The position numbers and the translations under genes were made by a program. The notes beneath the pieces were generated by a model. It had not been told where the DNA came from. It made no database searches and saw nothing but the letters and a program-made list of their open reading frames with translations. A stretch of 64,000 bases of DNA from positions 159,221,119 to 159,285,118 of the forward strand of contig NC_068981.1 in the NCBI RefSeq assembly GCF_001194135.2, given 5' to 3'. This document shows positions 51,521 through 64,000 of the stretch, piece after piece (the first letter of the stretch is position 1; each line of letters opens with the position of its first letter). The DNA comes from Octopus bimaculoides (lineage: Eukaryota).

Positions 51521-53443
51521 TGAGGAATATGCACGTGTGCATGTATGTATGTGTGTGCGCGCGCGCGTGTTACAACGCTTACTCTTAGTGACTTAACTAA
51601 TTTTTAGATACATTTTCTATTTACTATTGAAATAGGAATGTATTTCAAACTGATCAGAGACTTAGGATTCTTTGCAAAAAATATTTAACAACGACATCAT
51701 ATTCAGCTGCATGCCAAACTTTTATGCGCAATGGAGCAATGGACACGTTAAATATGATTTTAAAATACATATTTTTTCTCTTTTCTTTTTTTTTTCTTCC
51801 TTTTCAACGAATCCTGATTCGTTGGACGAATATCAGAATCAGGAAACTGGATTTGAATTCAGTTTCCAGTTTCTGTTGGTTTGAATGGAACAAGAAGAAA
51901 TGTTCTCTGGACAGAATTCTTTTCCGTCGCAGCTAATTTTCTACCATGTAAATTTAAGCGTAATGTTCAAAAAGGATAATGAGATGTGGATTTCAATGAA
52001 TTAGAATCCGCAATGCAAGAACTGATGTTCAAATGTATTATTCATGTTACCATTTTGTCTCTAAGTCACTTAAAACGAATTCGAATAAGCTTCCTTCTGA
52101 ATACAAATGTTACATCATATAAAGAATAAACATCTGAAATTATTGTATCGCTTATCGCATAAAACTAAAGTTCTAAAGAACAGCTTAATTGCATCAGTCT
52201 TTCAAGACCTTTCGAGAATAAAACATCTCAGAGATATCATCCGTATGACAAGTAATAGGTAAGTTCATGCTTACATATTTAACACGTGTAAGTATTAGAA
52301 ACTGGAGGTAAATTTTATGGCGAGGAAAAAGAGTAGCCGATGTTTCATTATTTTAGCAGGTAAAGTGGCAGAAGCGATGCAGCATTTGTTTCGGTTCTTT
52401 ACGTTCGGAGTTCAACTCTTGCCGAGGTCAAACTTGCCTTTTATCCTTTCGGAGATCAATGAAATAAATAATAAAGTACCAGTGAAGTACTGGCGTGGGG
52501 GTTAATGAAATGGACTAATACCTTCAGCCAAAATTGTTGGCCGTGTGCTTACATTTAAAAAAAAGTTAAAGTTCATATCCCTTTGGGTCAATTTTGCATG
52601 TCATCTTTTGGAGGATCGATAAAATAAAGCACTAGTCAAATAATGAAGTTGATGCTGATGACTAATCGTCGACCGCCTTGTGCCTATGCTAGAAACAATT
52701 GTTTTGGCAAGTATCAAACACAACATTGGATAAGTAGAAAATGTTTTAGTACAGCCGGTTTGGCACCGCCTATCTGGCGTCGCTCATTCGACGCTGATAT
52801 ATTTGACATTGGTCGGTCTGATATTTCTTTCGTTCCTTCCTTCCTGTCTCCTCCCTTTCTCTGTCTCGCTCTCTCTTTTACTCTCTTCGCTCTCTGTTTA
52901 TTTGCGTGAGTATATTTCTTTGTATGTGTATGACGAGAAGATAAATTTCTAAGTCATTCATATTCAATCAATAAATTCTAATGTCTCTCTCCATCTCTCT
53001 CTTTCACTCTGTATGTGTATATTTCTACGTGCACAGGTGTATGTGTGTGTATGTTTGCATGTGTATTTGCTTTCAGTGTCAAAATGTAACGTCGTTAAAA
53101 CAGACTTAGTTCCAATCAACCGTGCCAACTCATCAGCGTCGAAACAGCTGCGCCCTATCTTCTCATTATGACATCGAATATGCTTCAAGCATATTATAAT
53201 CCCAACCAACCATTCTGTATTATTTTTTTTAATATAGGAAAAAGAAAGTTATTTCAACGGATATTTATAAACTGAAAAATTGAATGAAATCGATGTAAAT
53301 CTTTTTGTATCAATATATTAAGAAGCGCATCCACCTATTTTTAATGTCTGAAATAATTTAACACACACACACACACACATATAATGTACATATATGTATT
53401 TATGTATATGTATATGTATATGTATTGTATATTACAGTATGTA

Positions 53444-53491
<48 letters not shown>

Positions 53492-53886
53492 TGTTTGTGT
53501 ATGTTTGTGTGTGTGCATAACACACACACACACACAAAAATATTTATTTATTTATTTATATATATATTTATATGTGTGTGTGTGTGTATACATATCTGTA
53601 TGTATGTATGTATGTATGTATGTATGTATGTATGTATGTATGTATGTATATAAACATTGGCTTCTTTTATCGACAAAAAGTGAGCAACAGGTGTTTCTGA
53701 AGAGATATTTGGTGGATAAACACAAATTTTAAACAATTAAAAAAAGATAAAATACAATAAACGCTTCACTTGTTTCTCATTTTCAACAATAGAATGTTTT
53801 TATCTTTCTTTCTTTTTTTTTTGCACATCTATTTATCTGTGTTTGGAGAGAGAGAGAGAGAGAGAGAGAGATACATACATACAAAT

Positions 53887-53926
<40 letters not shown>

Positions 53927-54315
53927 ACAAACACACAGAAGCACAACATGGTCGAATAGTTAAGATGTTCGTCTTGTAATCATGTGGCCCCGATTTCATT
54001 CCAACGGCGTGACATATTGGGTAAACGCCATTTTGCATAACCACAAGTTGATCCATACCCTTTGAGTGAAAGAACGAGCATAGATTGAGGAAGAATGAGG
54101 AATAGAAATCTGTCGGGTAGATTGCACATGTAATTAAAAAGCAAAAGTTACAGATTTGACACACACTGTGTCACGTTGATTCTACCTGAGAATTACGCTA
54201 AAGGAACTAGTATCTTTGAAATGCTCAGTCACTTACACGTTAATTCCAGAACAGGTAATTTATTTAACAACAGAAAACCATCGACAAAGATCCACCAACA
54301 CACCACACATACACA

Positions 54316-54353
<38 letters not shown>

Positions 54354-55252
54354 NNNNNNNNNNNNNNNNNNNNNNNNNNNNNNNNNNNNNNNNNNNNNNN
54401 NNNNNNNNNNNNNNNNNNNNNNNNNNNNNNNNNNNNNNNNNNNNNNNNNNNNNNNNNNNNNNNNNNNNNNNNNNNNNNNNNNNNNNNNNNNNNNNNNNNN
54501 NNNNNNNNNNNNNNNNNNNNNNNNNNNNNNNNNNNNNNNNNNNNNNNNNNNNNNNNNNNNNNNNNNNNNNNNNNNNNNNNNNNNNNNNNNNNTATATATA
54601 AGTTACGAGTGTTTGTTTCTCAAATTTGACGGTGATAATATAGTTTTATACTTTTTTATGAAGGGGGCTTTTTATACATGTCAACGGCGTCATTGAGGTA
54701 AGGAAAAAAATTATCAACGACAAGGGTAATTGACACAGTTGACACATTATCAATTAGTATAATAGCATAGTCTGGAAAAATCATGGATTACATGGAAAAA
54801 TGCGACCAAGAGAAATAATATTCTTAAGATTATAAACCTGGAAAATTACAGGACATGTTATTACACTTGGAAAAGTGCAGGACAACTTATTACATCCATG
54901 TTTATTTATATAGTGCTATAGATTTAGCACCGTAAAATCGCAAATTACCGGACAGTTTCGTAAATAATTAATCCTTTCTACAATGGAAAAAATAATTAAA
55001 TACTCATCGGACATTTCTCATCGGAAATTTTTAGCTTGGGCTCTTTTGTACTGGAAGTTTAAAAAGGAAACACTCAGCCGACAAGTCAAAGAGTATTTGG
55101 TTGCATCAAGTAACCGGAGCCAAAACTAAACATTTCCGATCAGCCATATCTGTTGAGCATTTAATTTATTATTCTTTCATTGTAGGGAGGATAAATTATT
55201 TATAAAACCTTCAGGTAATTTTGGCTAAAATCATAAAATTATGTGCGTGTGC

Positions 55253-55317
55253 ACACATACATACATACATACATACATGCATATATACATACATACATAT
55301 ATGCATACATACATACA

Positions 55318-55348
<31 letters not shown>

Positions 55349-55360
55349 GTACATACATAC
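55253..55360. repeat. (CATA)n microsatellite; the opposite-orientation (TATG)n lies at 56121-56210
   Basis: Read directly from the sequence. Confidence 0.95.
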
Positions 55361-56120
55361 AAGGAACAGAGATGCAGGAAAAACAGTAAAGTGTGACAAC
55401 CGATGCAGATATTGTGGAGTTAACACCTAAGATATTACCAACATCATAAGCAGTTATCTGAAAATGTCATCACGGTATCAGCTACCGATGAGACATGATG
55501 TAGCTAGTACACTGTATAACGAGATCCGTCGAAAGGATAACCCCGAGAACAAAGAAATACGAACCCACAGTATGGTAGAAGCCATAGCCATTCATAAGGA
55601 GTACTGGTGGAATGTCCCAGTGAAAACCTCAATAAGATGTATACACAATAGACCTGTTATAATGATATGGGACAGAGAAGAGAAACTGTGTACTGTTGTG
55701 GATATCAGTTGCCCAGCGGATGTTAACATAAAGCTGAAGATCAGTGAAAAAGAGAACACCTATGCTGAACTATTGAGAAATCTGCAGTTACTCTATCCAG
55801 ATTACAAGTTCAGGTTTATACCTGTAATTATTGGGACACTGAGATATGTAACACACTGCTTAAATACCAATCTTGAGAAATTAGGCTTCTCAAAACCAAA
55901 AAAGAGAAAGCTGATTCGAAGACTACAGATCCAAGCCATTACTGGAACCGTAAAAATTTGTAAAACTTACCAGTTTTTCATTTAAGTATATGTGAGCAAG
56001 TCTAGATATGCAATTATATGCACGAGAAGACATACATAAAACAAAGCACACAAATCTGCACGTATACATACATACATACATACATACAAAAATACCCTGT
56101 TGGTGTTGCTAAAATTCCAA
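55361..56120 (+). mobile_element. R4/Dong-like non-LTR retrotransposon 3' end (zinc knuckle plus restriction-like endonuclease)
   Basis: CRYC...(H>N)IISS(C>Y)...RHDVA...HNRP(D>V)IMIWD..VVDISCPAD.NI..K..EK..Y...PVIIGTL. ORF 55464-55985. Confidence 0.85.
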
Positions 56121-56286
56121 TGAAGAAGCCTATGTATGTATGTATGTATGTATGTATGTATGTATGTATGTATGTATTTATGTATGTATGTATGTATGTA
56201 TGTATGTATGTATATATATATATATATATATATAAAGTTTTTTTCGTAATGAAATAAAAAAAAAACCAACGCTGTGCAGAGTTATA

Positions 56287-56826
56287 TACACACAGGGTTA
56301 TTCAAAAAGAATAAACCGATTTCATTACTCAATATTTTAATAAGGAAAAGCAATAGAAAACTCCAGCTAAGTCACAAGTATTTACTCGCAATCAACTTTT
56401 ATTTCCTGGCTTACAAGTGTTCAATGTGGCCACCACCTGCAACATCAATGCGGTAAGAGAATTTCACCTAGATGCGTATCTGCTTGACCTGCAAGATCCC
56501 AAGACCTCACCGTGTGTGATTTTTTCTCGTGAGGATATGTAAAAGATCGCGTTTATGTTCCACCGCTACTCACTAACCTCGATGACCTTAAACATCGAAT
56601 GACAACAGCGATCGTGATATGCTGATACGCGTCTGGGAGGAATTCTCTTATCGCATTGATGTTGCCCATGCTGCAGGTGGTGGCCACATGGAACACTTGT
56701 AAGACAGGAAATAAAAGTTGATTGTGAGTAAATACTTGTGACTTAGCTGGAGCCTCCTATTGCTTTTCATTATTAAAATATTGCGTAATGAAATCGGTTC
56801 ATTCTTTTTGAATAACCCTGTGTGTA
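56287..56826. mobile_element. Palindromic Tc1/mariner derivative with ~185-bp inverted arms
   Basis: TATACACACAGGGTTATTCAAAAAGAAT / ATTCTTTTTGAATAACCCTGTGTGTATA. The core encodes WPARSQDLTVCDFF..YVKDRVYVPP..WEEFSYRID..GGGH.EHL*. Confidence 0.85.
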
Positions 56827-56924
56827 TATATGTGTCTATAGAGAGAAAGAGAAAGAGAGAGAGACAGAGTGACAGAGAGCGAGAGCGAGAGAGAGAGAGA
56901 TGTGCATGTGTGTGTCTTTGTGTC

Positions 56925-57100
56925 TGGTGTTGGTGTGTTTACGTCCCCGTAACTTAGCGGTTCGGTAAAAGGGTTCGATAGAATAAGTACCAGGCTTTCA
57001 AAAAAAAATTTTTTAAATAAGCGCTGGATCGATTCGGTCCACTAAACTTCTCCAAGGTGCTGCCCTAGCATGGCCGCCGTCTAATGACAGAAACAAGAAA
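56925..57100 (+). mobile_element. SINE family A 3' half
   Basis: GTCCCCGTAACTTAGCGGTTCGG...GATAGAATAAGTACCAGG...CAGCATGGCC-like tail. Confidence 0.7.
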
Positions 57101-58125
57101 ATGACGACCGATATATGTTGAATACAAACGCATTTAATCGTGGCCCAGCATGGCTACCAATCCAGTGAGCAGAACCAGTAAAAGATTAAACATACATACA
57201 TACATACATACATAATACATAAACACGTGTATATACAAACGCATATTCATTAGTTATGTAATACGTTAAATTTTAAATATGCCATAGCAAGTAGATTCGT
57301 AGAAATTCATGAGCTCATATTATGTTGAAAAATGAGTGTTTGCGTTTGAGCTTGAACTTTTTGCATGCCTTTATATGTGCATCGATGATGTGAGAAAGAG
57401 AGAAAGAATGCAGGGAGAAAGAGAGACAATAATTTCGTTTGTAAATGCATGCAAAGGACTTCGCTTGCACAATATGCTTGCTCCGTTGCTTTACCTCTGA
57501 TAGCACACACATATTATATTCATGTAAGAATTATTGCGTGTATTTCATTTTTCTCGTTAGTAATGCTGTATCTAGTATGCGATTTTTGGGTGCACACTAC
57601 TGTGTAGTATGTATACATCTACTTGATGACCCACAACCATAGACGCAGAAGTCATTTTTAATTATGTTTGGCGCCAGTATTTCCAACACCCATCCAACTT
57701 ACATGCAGTCTGTCGGCATTGGCTGCGATCTTTCCATTGTTAACTAGTTTCATCACCCAAGACTAGAGGCGCCTCCATAAACACTTACTACTCGCCACAC
57801 AGTATTCAAATTTTCATACAAAATAAATAAATAAATAAATAAATAAATACATTTAGAAAGAAATAAAGAAAATGCTATCAATAGTTGCAGTTCAATCTAC
57901 TAAATTCGGTTTGCGTCTAATAATCAGTAGAGTAGATTTTAAAATACTTGCAGGACTGATTGGAATCTTGTAGTATATCTGTCGCATAATTCATACGCAG
58001 CTACACACAGTCTCACACACACACACACATACAAACACATACAAACGCGCGCGCGCGCACACACACACACATGTATGTATGTGCATATGTATGTATGTAT
58101 GTAGGTATGTATGTATGTAGGTAGG

Positions 58126-58160
<35 letters not shown>

Positions 58161-58374
58161 ATTTAAGTACATGTTTGTTTATATATGCATGTAATATATA
58201 CAGATATGTATATGAATACATAAATACATAATACACATGTATATATATAAACACACATACGTATATAAATATTTATATACATATAAATATGTTTATATAT
58301 AAATATATATATATGTGTGTGTGTGTATAAATACACACACACACACACACACATACACAAACACGCACATACAT

Positions 58375-58405
<31 letters not shown>

Positions 58406-58974
58406 TGCTAGCGCTACTGCGCTATCTTAAAGATAGCGTTTGGGCACCGACATACATATAATGGTTCTTTAGAGTATATTTTTAAATGGGAGTAAGGAGA
58501 GAGGAGTAAATAGTGAAACTGGGATCAAGACGTGGGGAGTAATTGGCATGAAAGGGGAGATAATCATAGACTGAGAATATATCATTGAACCAGGTATATT
58601 TATAATTGCTGTAGTTTAGCCCCAATTTTAACACTGATTGTACAGATCGATGATGAAACCCTTCCAGCTATGAACATCCCTGATATACATATTTTGTATA
58701 TCAGGGATTACATTCTGTAACGTATCTTTCTTTTCTGAAGAATATAATTGTATTGAGCTTTGACTATCATTTCTAACAAATCGATTGACTGCGTTGAGAC
58801 TCAGTTGTTGTTCAACCCAAAGTCATCCCTAATTGAACATACTTTTGTTCCTGGGCCTTTCCCAGGAACATGGCACAGTGCACCGAGTACCATATCATCC
58901 TGACTGTGGTACTCTTCCAGATTATGATGTGTAATTTAATAAACGTGTTTGCTATTTGTAATATTTCGAAGGAA

Positions 58975-59616
58975 TACGTAGTCTGATTAATAAGTATCCG
59001 GACAGTAATGAAGCTAAAGCACGCAGCGTAAAGCCGCTTGGCACAGATTGACCTTGGACTCTGTTGTGCATGCGCACTAAGTTTTAACGTTCTAGTTCAC
59101 TTCCGCTGTTTACAGCTGTGCTTAGAAGGAAGGTGTGTAATGTGTGATCGTCGCATTGACCATGACAGAAAAAGTTGAACAGAGAACCTGCGTCAAATTT
59201 TGCCAAAAGCTTGGCGATACTTGCTCAGAGGCCTATGCAAAGTTTTCAAAAAGTTTTCATCGTTCTCAACACAATCAAGGAGATCTTGTGCAACTGAAAC
59301 CCGACTGTCTTTTTGGTCAGCTGATAGCAGTTTTGGCACAAACTTGGCAGACATACGTCTCATACCCAAATCTTCAGTGATAATGGACTGAACTGAACTG
59401 TAACTAATCTGCACATCCTCTAATAACTCACGGATGGCGATTCGACGATTTCTCCTCACAGTTGCACGCACATCTGCGATGTTTTTCTCAGTTCTGTTGG
59501 TTGTGGGTCTGCCAGAACGTTCGTCAATATCGACAGTTTTTCGGCCAACTTAGAAACGTCTGAACCATTCATACAGTTTTGTGCGGCTCATAGACCCCTC
59601 TCCATACACTTTCTGC
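58975..59616. mobile_element. Mariner 5' part with an internally inverted transposase segment
   Basis: TA|CGTAGTCTGATTAATAAGTATCCGGAC end. Plus reads MTEKVEQRTCVKFCQKLG..AYAK. Minus reads QKVYG..SRTKLYEWF..RSGRP..MRRMSAKFVPKLL..FLKTL. Confidence 0.85.
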
Positions 59617-60789
59617 NNNNNNNNNNNNNNNNNNNNNNNNNNNNNNNNNNNNNNNNNNNNNNNNNNNNNNNNNNNNNNNNNNNNNNNNNNNNNNNNNNNN
59701 NNNNNNNNNNNNNNNNNNNNNNNNNNNNNNNNNNNNNNNNNNNNNNNNNNNNNNNNNNNNNNNNNNNNNNNNNNNNNNNNNNNNNNNNNNNNNNNNNNNN
59801 NNNNNNNNNNNNNNNNNNNNNNNNNNNNNNNNNNNNNNNNNNNNNNNNNNNNNNNNNNNNNNNNNNNNNNNNNNNNNNNNNNNNNNNNNNNNNNNNNNNN
59901 NNNNNNNNNNNNNNNNNNNNNNNNNNNNNNNNNNNNNNNNNNNNNNNNNNNNNNNNNNNNNNNNNNNNNNNNNNNNNNNNNNNNNNNNNNNNNNNNNNNN
60001 NNNNNNNNNNNNNNNNNNNNTGTGTGTGTGTGTGTGTGCGTGTGTGCGTGCGTGTGTGTGTGTGCGTGTGTGTGTGTGTGTGTGTGTGAGTGTGTGTGAG
60101 CATTGTTTGATGAGTGTGCTTAAGTTTGAATGGTACATGCTTATGTATGTATGTATATATGTATGTATGTGTGGTGGAGATATTCCCAAATATAAATCTC
60201 GATTCATCAGAAGTAATAACTTACATGACTTAATACAAATAAATGTAGAATAGTCTTTAATACATTATAAACGAAAGCCTCTAATTTCCAGTATTCAGAG
60301 TAAATATTTCAAAAGCAAAGCAAGAACGGGTTTACCTGCTGATGATCAGATCCGAGTAACTCTGAATCTTGGTGTTGGAGCCTTTCAGTTATAATATATC
60401 ACACATGCGCGCATGTAGACACACACACATACACACACACACACACACACACAAATCGTATAAACTACTCTACGGTTGTATTTTCTGGCAATTCTTATCA
60501 TTCACACACCCTTCTAAGTTTTCTATTCCTCTTTGCCCATTCATTTTACCTTCCGTTAACGATCTCTGCAAATCATACATTTTTAAAATATATTTTTTAT
60601 ACTCACAATAACAGCGAGCTGGCAGAATCGTTAGCACACCGGGTGAAATGCTTAGCGATATTTCATCCGTCTTTATATTCTGAGTTCAAATTCCGTCGAA
60701 GCCGACTTTGCCTTACATCCTATCGGGGTCGTTAAAATAAGTACCGGTTAAGTACTGTGGTCGATGTAATCGACTTAACTACTACTGAG

Positions 60790-62390
60790 CAAGAGTATAA
60801 AAACTGCATCCCTCTACCAAGCCATGCTGAGCCAGTGTAGCAGAGTAGGCTCATCAAAACAAGCTCAATGTTCTTAAGCTCAAATTCACAGCCTCTGCAT
60901 TAGACTGTATTTGGTGGAGAGAACATACTGTGGCTTTTGTCCAGCAGTGGACTGAACATAGGCAGTCCATTCCAATCCATATTCACAACAGTCCTGTTTT
61001 CTCTCTTTGATTGTGTCAAATAATATTGTCTTAAATTTAGCTGCTCATAGTGGTCCATCATTGCTTTTGTTTCCTCCATGATCCTCGCAAACGTCCTCCA
61101 CATTGCTCACATCTCAAAGTCTTGTAGATTGAACCAATCATGAAATCTTAATCATATTTTTTACTAGTTTCGATATTATTGTTCTTTGATGTTAGTATCT
61201 AATATCTTTTACACCTTTCTTGTCTCAGTCATTGGACTACGGCCATACTGGGGTATTAGTCGAATTTATTCTTTCGGTATGTTTTTATCGAATCGCTCAT
61301 TTACGGAAACGTAAACAAACCAGCGCCAGTTATCAAGCGGTACTGTGGGAGGTTACATGCTCAAACACAAAGATACACACACACATACGATAAGTTTCCA
61401 CACAGTTTCCGCCCACCAGATTCACTCATAAAACATTGTTCGAACCGGGGCTGTAGTAAAAGAGCCCGAAACCATGTGGTTGCAAAGCGAGTATCTTGAC
61501 CCGACAGCCATGCCTACACCTATATGTTGGGTATTTTTTCAAATGAATTTATAGTAAACTCAGTCCATTTTTATTCCTACTTCATATTTCTCAGTAAAGT
61601 TTTTGTATTAGAAACAAGCATATAATCTTACCTAACTCCTTTGTTAATTATAAATTCTCAAATTATTTTCCCGTTTAGTTCTTATCTCTACTGTTCACTC
61701 CATTACATTTTTGCTATTTGACGGTGTTCATCCCGAATTCTGATAGAAAGCCGATCGTCTTTGTAGGTTTTATTTCGTCAAATGCTTTGGTATAAGTCTA
61801 TTAAACATGACGCATACACCCTGATATATGTCAAGATGTCTTTCTTAGGTTACAAATTCATTTACCGAGAATTTTTAACTAGAATATTTCTTGTCTAAAT
61901 CCACTTTGTAGTTGACTTATTTCTTCGTTAATTCTCGCAGTTGCATGCCTTTTATTTATAGCAGTTTAGTTACTTAACACATGAAGATCTAAACTGTGTA
62001 CTCTTGAGATTTCGATTTGTTTGGTAATAGAACAAAGACTGGTTGTTTCATCTCGGTATTTGTGTGCCGACTATCTGTTAATAATATAACGTTGTTATTA
62101 GATCTGGATTGCGGTTATCTAATGCGTTTAATTAATTTGCTGGTATTTCATCTACTCCAGTTATATTTCCATCCTTCATTAACATTATTGTCTTTTTTAC
62201 TTCTTTTGAGATTTTGCTTCCCTTAGCAGCTTCGAAGTCGGGTATAGACGATTTGTTCTTATCATTATTCAGTTCTTTTATGCATTCAACCCATTTAGAT
62301 GCAATCTGCTTGTAGTCAAGAAGTATGTTTCCATTTTTATTCGCTGTTTCTAACTCATATAATTTATCATACATTTCTGTGGGTTGTTAC
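60790..62390 (-). pseudogene. Fragmented RTE/BovB-like ORF2 remnant, interrupted by a SINE
   Basis: EVKKTIMLMKDGNITGVDEIPA and VFVLLPNK at 62000-62370. A C-terminal MWRTFARI.. segment lies at 60900-61100. Confidence 0.55.
61215..61518 (-). mobile_element. SINE family A copy inserted in an RTE remnant
   Basis: Reverse complement of the family A tail, body and head. Confidence 0.7.
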
Positions 62391-62574
62391 ATTTTTCAAC
62401 AACAACAACAACAACGCGCGCGCGCGCGCACACATGGTGTCCGGACTTTTTCTCGACGGATTTATCGTTTTATTTATCATCTTTCGCGGTTTTTCGTAAC
62501 GGAATATTATTTCTCTGTTAAAATAAAATTCAGTTATTTAAAAGAAAAAAAGGCTTACTTCATAAACTTACGAA

Positions 62575-63059
62575 TCTGATTAACAGCATAAATCATAATG
62601 TTTAATTCACAATGGAACTCAACCAGGAGGAACTACAGTTTTAGATAGTTTAATTGTGAAAACACGAGAGAAACGGATATTTACTATAAACCTAATGATT
62701 CAAAGAAGTATCCTTTTGTTTTCACTTCCTTTCATTCTGCACATACAAGGGCGAACACAGCATTCAATGTATCAAAAATAATTTGCACTATAGTATTGAT
62801 TCTTACAAAATACAATCAAAGACACGAAGGACAGAGTAACATACGTGTCTAAAGAGCTTTTTCACTCAGTCTAATCACAAGTAGATAGAAAGGGTAAAAT
62901 GAATAGATATTCAAGATATAACGGAAGTAAGAAGTAAAACCAAGAAAGGTTTCGCCGTATGTATCGATATTTAAACCCTAGAACTGCTGGAATATTTTAT
63001 ATGAAGATTGAAAAATGAAAAGAAGCTTCAGAAAACTAATAAATCATCAAAATCAAATT

Positions 63060-63060
<1 letters not shown>
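62575..63060 (+). pseudogene. Penelope-like RT (thumb) remnant
   Basis: NSINHNV*FTME...FLDSLIVK..DIYYKPNDSKKY...FTS.H..HT..N matches LN.LH..I.FTME..FLD..TDIYYKPTD. Confidence 0.65.
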
Positions 63061-63110
<50 letters not shown>

Positions 63111-64000
63111 TTACTACAGCAAAAGTTTATAAACAGGTTTAGAATCCTATTATTACAAAGTACGTAAGACGAAATTTTGTGACTTCCTTATATTTATGGG
63201 TGGATTAATCTTTAAGGTTAAAGAGTATTTAATCTATATAATAACATGTAGTGATTGCCTACGAAACTACATCGGACAGACCGGAATGTCACTGTGCAAA
63301 GGATGATGATGCTGCACCCACAATTCAGTCATGAAAACACACGACAAATTCCATAAAGAAAGCATAAAGCAATATGCACAAGAATAAACTTATCTCATTT
63401 TGAAATGTTCCCAATGTATAACAACTCAGATTAAACCAGTCAACAAAAAAAAACCCAATTTATTAAGAAATATATACCGCACTTGAACATTTAATTATCA
63501 ATTGTTGTTACTGAAGGGTTGCAGTGTGTGAAATGCCTTGGAGGTGAAATGCCCGAAGTGAAATGCGTCTGGTGCTGTTGTCGTGGTTAATTGCTGAGTT
63601 AGCAGGGACGACAGTGTAAGCATGCTGAAGTGATGCGCGAGACAGATCATTTTCTCTGTTAATTACGTGACCAAACAAGGGTCTAACGGAGGGAAATTAT
63701 GTCTAAACATAAGCGCAGAGCATGTGTAAACAGGCGAGAAAGGTATGTGTGGTGCATGAATGTGACAGAGTTAGTATTCTTGTGTGTTTATGGACCATGT
63801 GTGCAGATGCGTGTGCCAGGCCAAGCACTGAGGAAAAGGTGCATGCGGGGGTGTGTGTGCAACAATACAAGCATTTTCAAAGCAAACGAGAAGAAAAAGA
63901 ATATGGATCAAATTGAGAAGGCATGTAGACAAAAAATTCAGGTTACGAATAAATGTTCTGTTCGTGATGAAAATGTTTAGTTCATGAATAAAATGTTCAG

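Noticed and set aside
57690-57770. Possible box C/D snoRNA on the minus strand (GTGATGA)
   Set aside because: There is no CTGA D box or terminal stem.
1430-60207. Long ORFs made of X runs (for example 6755-7834, 23734-24693, 31672-32763, 47634-48470)
   Set aside because: They are artefacts of translating N gaps.
792-60611. Many HT/VC/YI/RE/LS-repeat ORFs
   Set aside because: They are translations of di- and tetranucleotide microsatellites.
949-61518. tRNA genes at SINE heads
   Set aside because: Only degenerate A/B boxes are present, with no cloverleaf.

Overview
This is an AT-rich, gap-riddled eukaryotic draft sequence with dense microsatellites, tRNA-derived/CORE-like SINEs, RTE, CR1 and R4 LINEs, Penelope-like elements, Tc1/mariner, hAT and piggyBac-type MITEs. 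That repeat inventory suggests a cephalopod, most likely Octopus (inference, no search run). It contains no prokaryotic features, CRISPR array, rRNA or intact tRNA gene. Sixteen N-gaps produce all the long X-filled ORFs. The left ~25-29 kb is strongly CpG-depleted and holds short, canonically spliced candidate exons of an unidentified minus-strand gene (10847-11177, 5832-5895, 425-479; weaker 7801-7900, 2333-2400, 24724-24851) that runs off the left edge. The right ~35 kb keeps its CpGs and consists mostly of nested transposon remnants. The most notable observations are: two near-identical inverted RTE tails bracketing a 64-nt exon; competing start codons and reading frames in the candidate gene; a CpG-decay boundary with a YY1/ETS-bearing long-TIR MITE; a Naiad-like Penelope element with twin-priming geometry; a palindromic two-3'-end Tc1/mariner derivative; and an R4/Dong-like LINE next to (CATA)n.
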